DNA of 64,000 bases, from contig OY776215.1 in NCBI GenBank assembly GCA_963675495.1, positions 1,440,001-1,504,000 of the forward strand. Direction: 5' to 3'. The DNA is from an uncultured Methanolobus sp. Lineage in GTDB: Archaea > Halobacteriota > Methanosarcinia > Methanosarcinales > Methanosarcinaceae. The position numbers and the translations under genes were made by a program. Shown here piece by piece: positions 63,611-64,000 of the stretch (its first letter is position 1; the number at the start of each line of letters is the position of its first letter). The notes beneath the pieces were generated by a model. That model was not told where the DNA came from. It saw only the letters and a program-made list of their open reading frames with translations, and did no database searches.

Positions 63611-64000
63611 AAGTCGAACAGAGAACTCTGGGACTTTTTATCTTCAGATAAATTCGGAGCTTGTGCCTCCACTTCTTTTTTGTTAATACGCTTGATAGAA
63701 GAATCTTGAGGTTTTTCTGAAAAATCGAACAGGCCTTTTTGCTTGGAATCATAGTCAAGGTTTGCCATATCGACACCAAATACACCAAGTATCCGCTCCA
63801 CCGGAGGCAGTAGCTGCTTCTTTATGTAGTAGTCCACATCAATAGGAATATTGTTCTCCCTGACGTATTCAGGATCCTCAGCACGATCCACAAACAGACC
63901 CTTTCCTGCCACAATTACAAATGGTATTCGTTCCCCCACAGGAGGAGGAGAGCCAGTCCTGCGCTCAATTTTTTCTGCAACTGTCAGATGAGGCTGTTTG
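63607..64000 (-). CDS. polB: 3' end of family B DNA polymerase, partial
   Basis: KQPHLTVAEK...GERIPFVI...DYYIKKQLLPPVERIL thumb domain and terminal PIP box; the frame is open to the window edge. Confidence 0.92.
   Translation of the reverse strand, partial: KQPHLTVAEKIERRTGSPPPVGERIPFVIVAGKGLFVDRAEDPEYVRENNIPIDVDYYIKKQLLPPVERILGVFGVDMANLDYDSKQKGLFDFSEKPQDSSIKRINKKEVEAQAPNLSEDKKSQSSLFDF

Overview
Chromosomal window from a methanogenic archaeon of the Methanosarcinaceae. The 16S rRNA and gene content suggest a Methanolobus-like organism, but the genus is tentative. Most of the window is core genome: the archaeal aromatic amino acid operon (aroA'-like end, aroB', aroD, aroE, tyrA), tpiA, fae-hps, nth, a second aroA', glyS, hef, translin-sepS, mtd, serB, tgtA, trkHA, a full minus-strand rRNA operon (16S, tRNA-Ala, 23S, tRNA-Cys, 5S), rio1-dim2, pyrC, pstSCAB-phoU-phoU and the 3' end of polB. 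There are two accessory patches. The first is a ~3 kb tRNA-Val(CAC)-anchored element bounded by a 47-bp direct repeat; it carries a repeat-rich surface protein and an integrase-like relic. The second is a redox cluster (SDR, EFR1-like ferredoxin, SRPBCC, aldo/keto reductase, TetR) tied together by four copies of a palindromic operator. The leading candidates for undescribed biology are a UbiA prenyltransferase / atypical geranylgeranyl reductase / radical SAM operon (hypothesised methanophenazine or novel lipid tailoring), a prephenate dehydrogenase with an apparent tRNA-anticodon-binding-like tail, the TetR regulon, and a ribbon-helix-helix/KaiC-like fusion. All family assignments come from motif recognition by eye; no searches were run.
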